A stretch of DNA of 64,000 bases. Origin: Octopus sinensis (Eukaryota). The DNA is taken from contig NC_043009.1 of the NCBI RefSeq assembly GCF_006345805.1, positions 20,894,001-20,958,000 on the forward strand, read 5' to 3'. This document shows positions 62,450-64,000 of this stretch, one piece after another. Both the position numbers and the translations under genes were made by a program. Within the stretch, counting starts at the first letter, position 1. Each line of letters starts with the position of its first letter. The notes below the pieces were generated by a model. That model saw only the letters and a list, made by a program, of their open reading frames with translations. It had not been told where the DNA came from and made no database searches.

Positions 62450-62844
62450 AAGACTTCATGAACATTGTGTAGAGGCATCATTGGTAACAGGCTCCAACAG
62501 AGGTCATAGAGTTCTAATTCCCAGAATTAAACTTAGCCCAAGTGATGCAAATATTCCATACACATTAAACTGACTTCAGTTTCCACTTCAACTTGCATAT
62601 TCAATGACAATTAATAAGGCTCAAGGGTGAACATTTGAAAAAGTTGGAATACATTTGCCTCAACCGGTATTTTCTCATGGCCAATTATATGTCGCATTTT
62701 CAAGAGCATGAGCTATGAACAATATCAAAGTAAGAGTTATGACATTCAATTGGGATAAAAGACAAGGCCAAAAACGTGGTGTGGCGTACACACAAAATAT
62801 TGTCTACCATGAAGTACTGTGAGGAAGACCATCGCACCAGCTAG
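62450..62844 (+). mobile_element. Helitron/PIF1 helicase C-terminal fragment (second family)
   Basis: VLIPRIKLSPSD...[44 protein letters not shown]...QNIVYHEVL*, with CTAG shortly after the stop. Confidence 0.82.
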
Positions 62845-63004
62845 CATTACCACCACACCAGCCGCTCCATTGTTACACATCCACATTACACCTTTAAGAT
62901 CGAGGAACCAGTTAGAGGCTTGCTGGATCTCTCTCGGCATACCAGCAAACCACAAAATCACACCAGTCAGTATCCCCACTACCTTCAAGACCGTCATATA
63001 TATA

Positions 63005-64000
63005 TGTAGTGACGTCATTTCCCAGTGTGCGTGTGCGGACCATCATTCTTCAGTGTGCGTGTGCGGGGCTGGAATCTTCTGGAAAGGCCTAAGGAAGTTC
63101 CTTCGTGCACATGCGCTAGAGACTGGGGAGGAAAATTCTATCGCGTTCCTTGTTAGCGTCATTGACTTGAGATTTGGCTATTGAAGAGAAAGGACGTGTT
63201 AAACGTGTGATCAGCCTATTCTCCTGTCCCAGACGCTTAGGATTTGACCTGCTCTGTTGCTGCTGAATTTGTTGTAAGGTTATCTTACAAATGTTAAAAT
63301 TCAGCCTTGCTATATCGAACCAAGTGGATACCAATATACCAACGTACTTCTTTTGTAAATAAGAAAATAAAGTGTTATATATATTTTTAAGGTTGCGTTC
63401 TTGTTCCTGACTGGTAGTTTCTGGAAACTAAAGAAAGGAAATTGGTTGCACCCAAACAGTGTAAAGAATCAACCAGTACCATTACAGTGGTGACCCCGAG
63501 TTCTGGTCATAGACCATAGAACACGCAACTAAGATCTAGTTTCTACCGAGTCTGAATCAATCAGTCAACCACCATCTCAGCCGCAGTCATCATCATCTTT
63601 GCTTCAATTTTATCGTTGTTTTGTCATAGACACAAAGCGTAGCCAAACATATTATGAAGACGCTATTGTAAACCAACGACAGACATATCATCATAACCAA
63701 CATCGTCTCCATCTACAAAAATTCAAATGTACACAAGATACAGATTCTACTCATGCTGTAGTGTGAAAATCTCACCACGGAAGAACAGTTGCAGTATATA
63801 TATCTGGAAGAATATCTATATCAAGAGAAAAATATGCACAACAAGTGACTCAACTAATCTCAGCTCCGAGACACAAATCTTGTATAGAACTCATTATCGT
63901 GTACAACATGAACTGATAAAATAACTCCATTTAAACACAAAATGTTGAGACTTCTCTCATGCTCTGTTGTGTTTGCATAAAGCTTATTTCTGTACATCTG
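63005..64000 (+). mobile_element. Gypsy-type LTR retrotransposon: 482-bp 5' LTR, tRNA-Trp PBS and decayed gag, running off the window
   Basis: TGTA...TACA termini (63005..63486) with AATAAA inside; TGGTGACCCCGA at 63488-63499 is complementary to the eukaryotic tRNA-Trp 3' end; gag-like remnants EKYAQQVTQLISAP and YRVQHELIK. Confidence 0.78.

Overview
AT-rich, repeat-dense eukaryotic genomic DNA, most likely an octopus (inferred from the (CAT)n-tailed RTE 3' ends and the SINE families, not from a database search). The window is the middle of one minus-strand multi-exon gene that the ORF track mostly misses. I assembled 19 GT-AG exons by hand (59415 down to 11136). They splice in frame without stops into about 687 codons of tandem TPR repeats resembling the C-terminal half of TTC6; two further upstream exons are tentative. 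The introns and the left end are filled with transposons. These include two tandem Tx1/L1-clade LINE copies (1-5979) and a third related fragment, a decayed CR1-like LINE, and an RT-deleted Penelope-like element. There is also a 5'-truncated RTE LINE with many 3'-end fragments, a Helitron with both termini, several mariner and hAT remnants, SINEs, and a Gypsy-type LTR with a tRNA-Trp primer-binding site. One 100-N gap lies at 7543-7642. The most interesting non-coding signal is a set of minimal hammerhead-ribozyme motifs of four different sequence families within 12 kb. One is apparently intact and in the sense orientation of the host pre-mRNA, and another is locked in a 122-bp sense/antisense foldback. 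Other notable signals are apparent microsatellite-directed insertion of the Tx1-like LINEs and several intronic inverted repeats that could form dsRNA.
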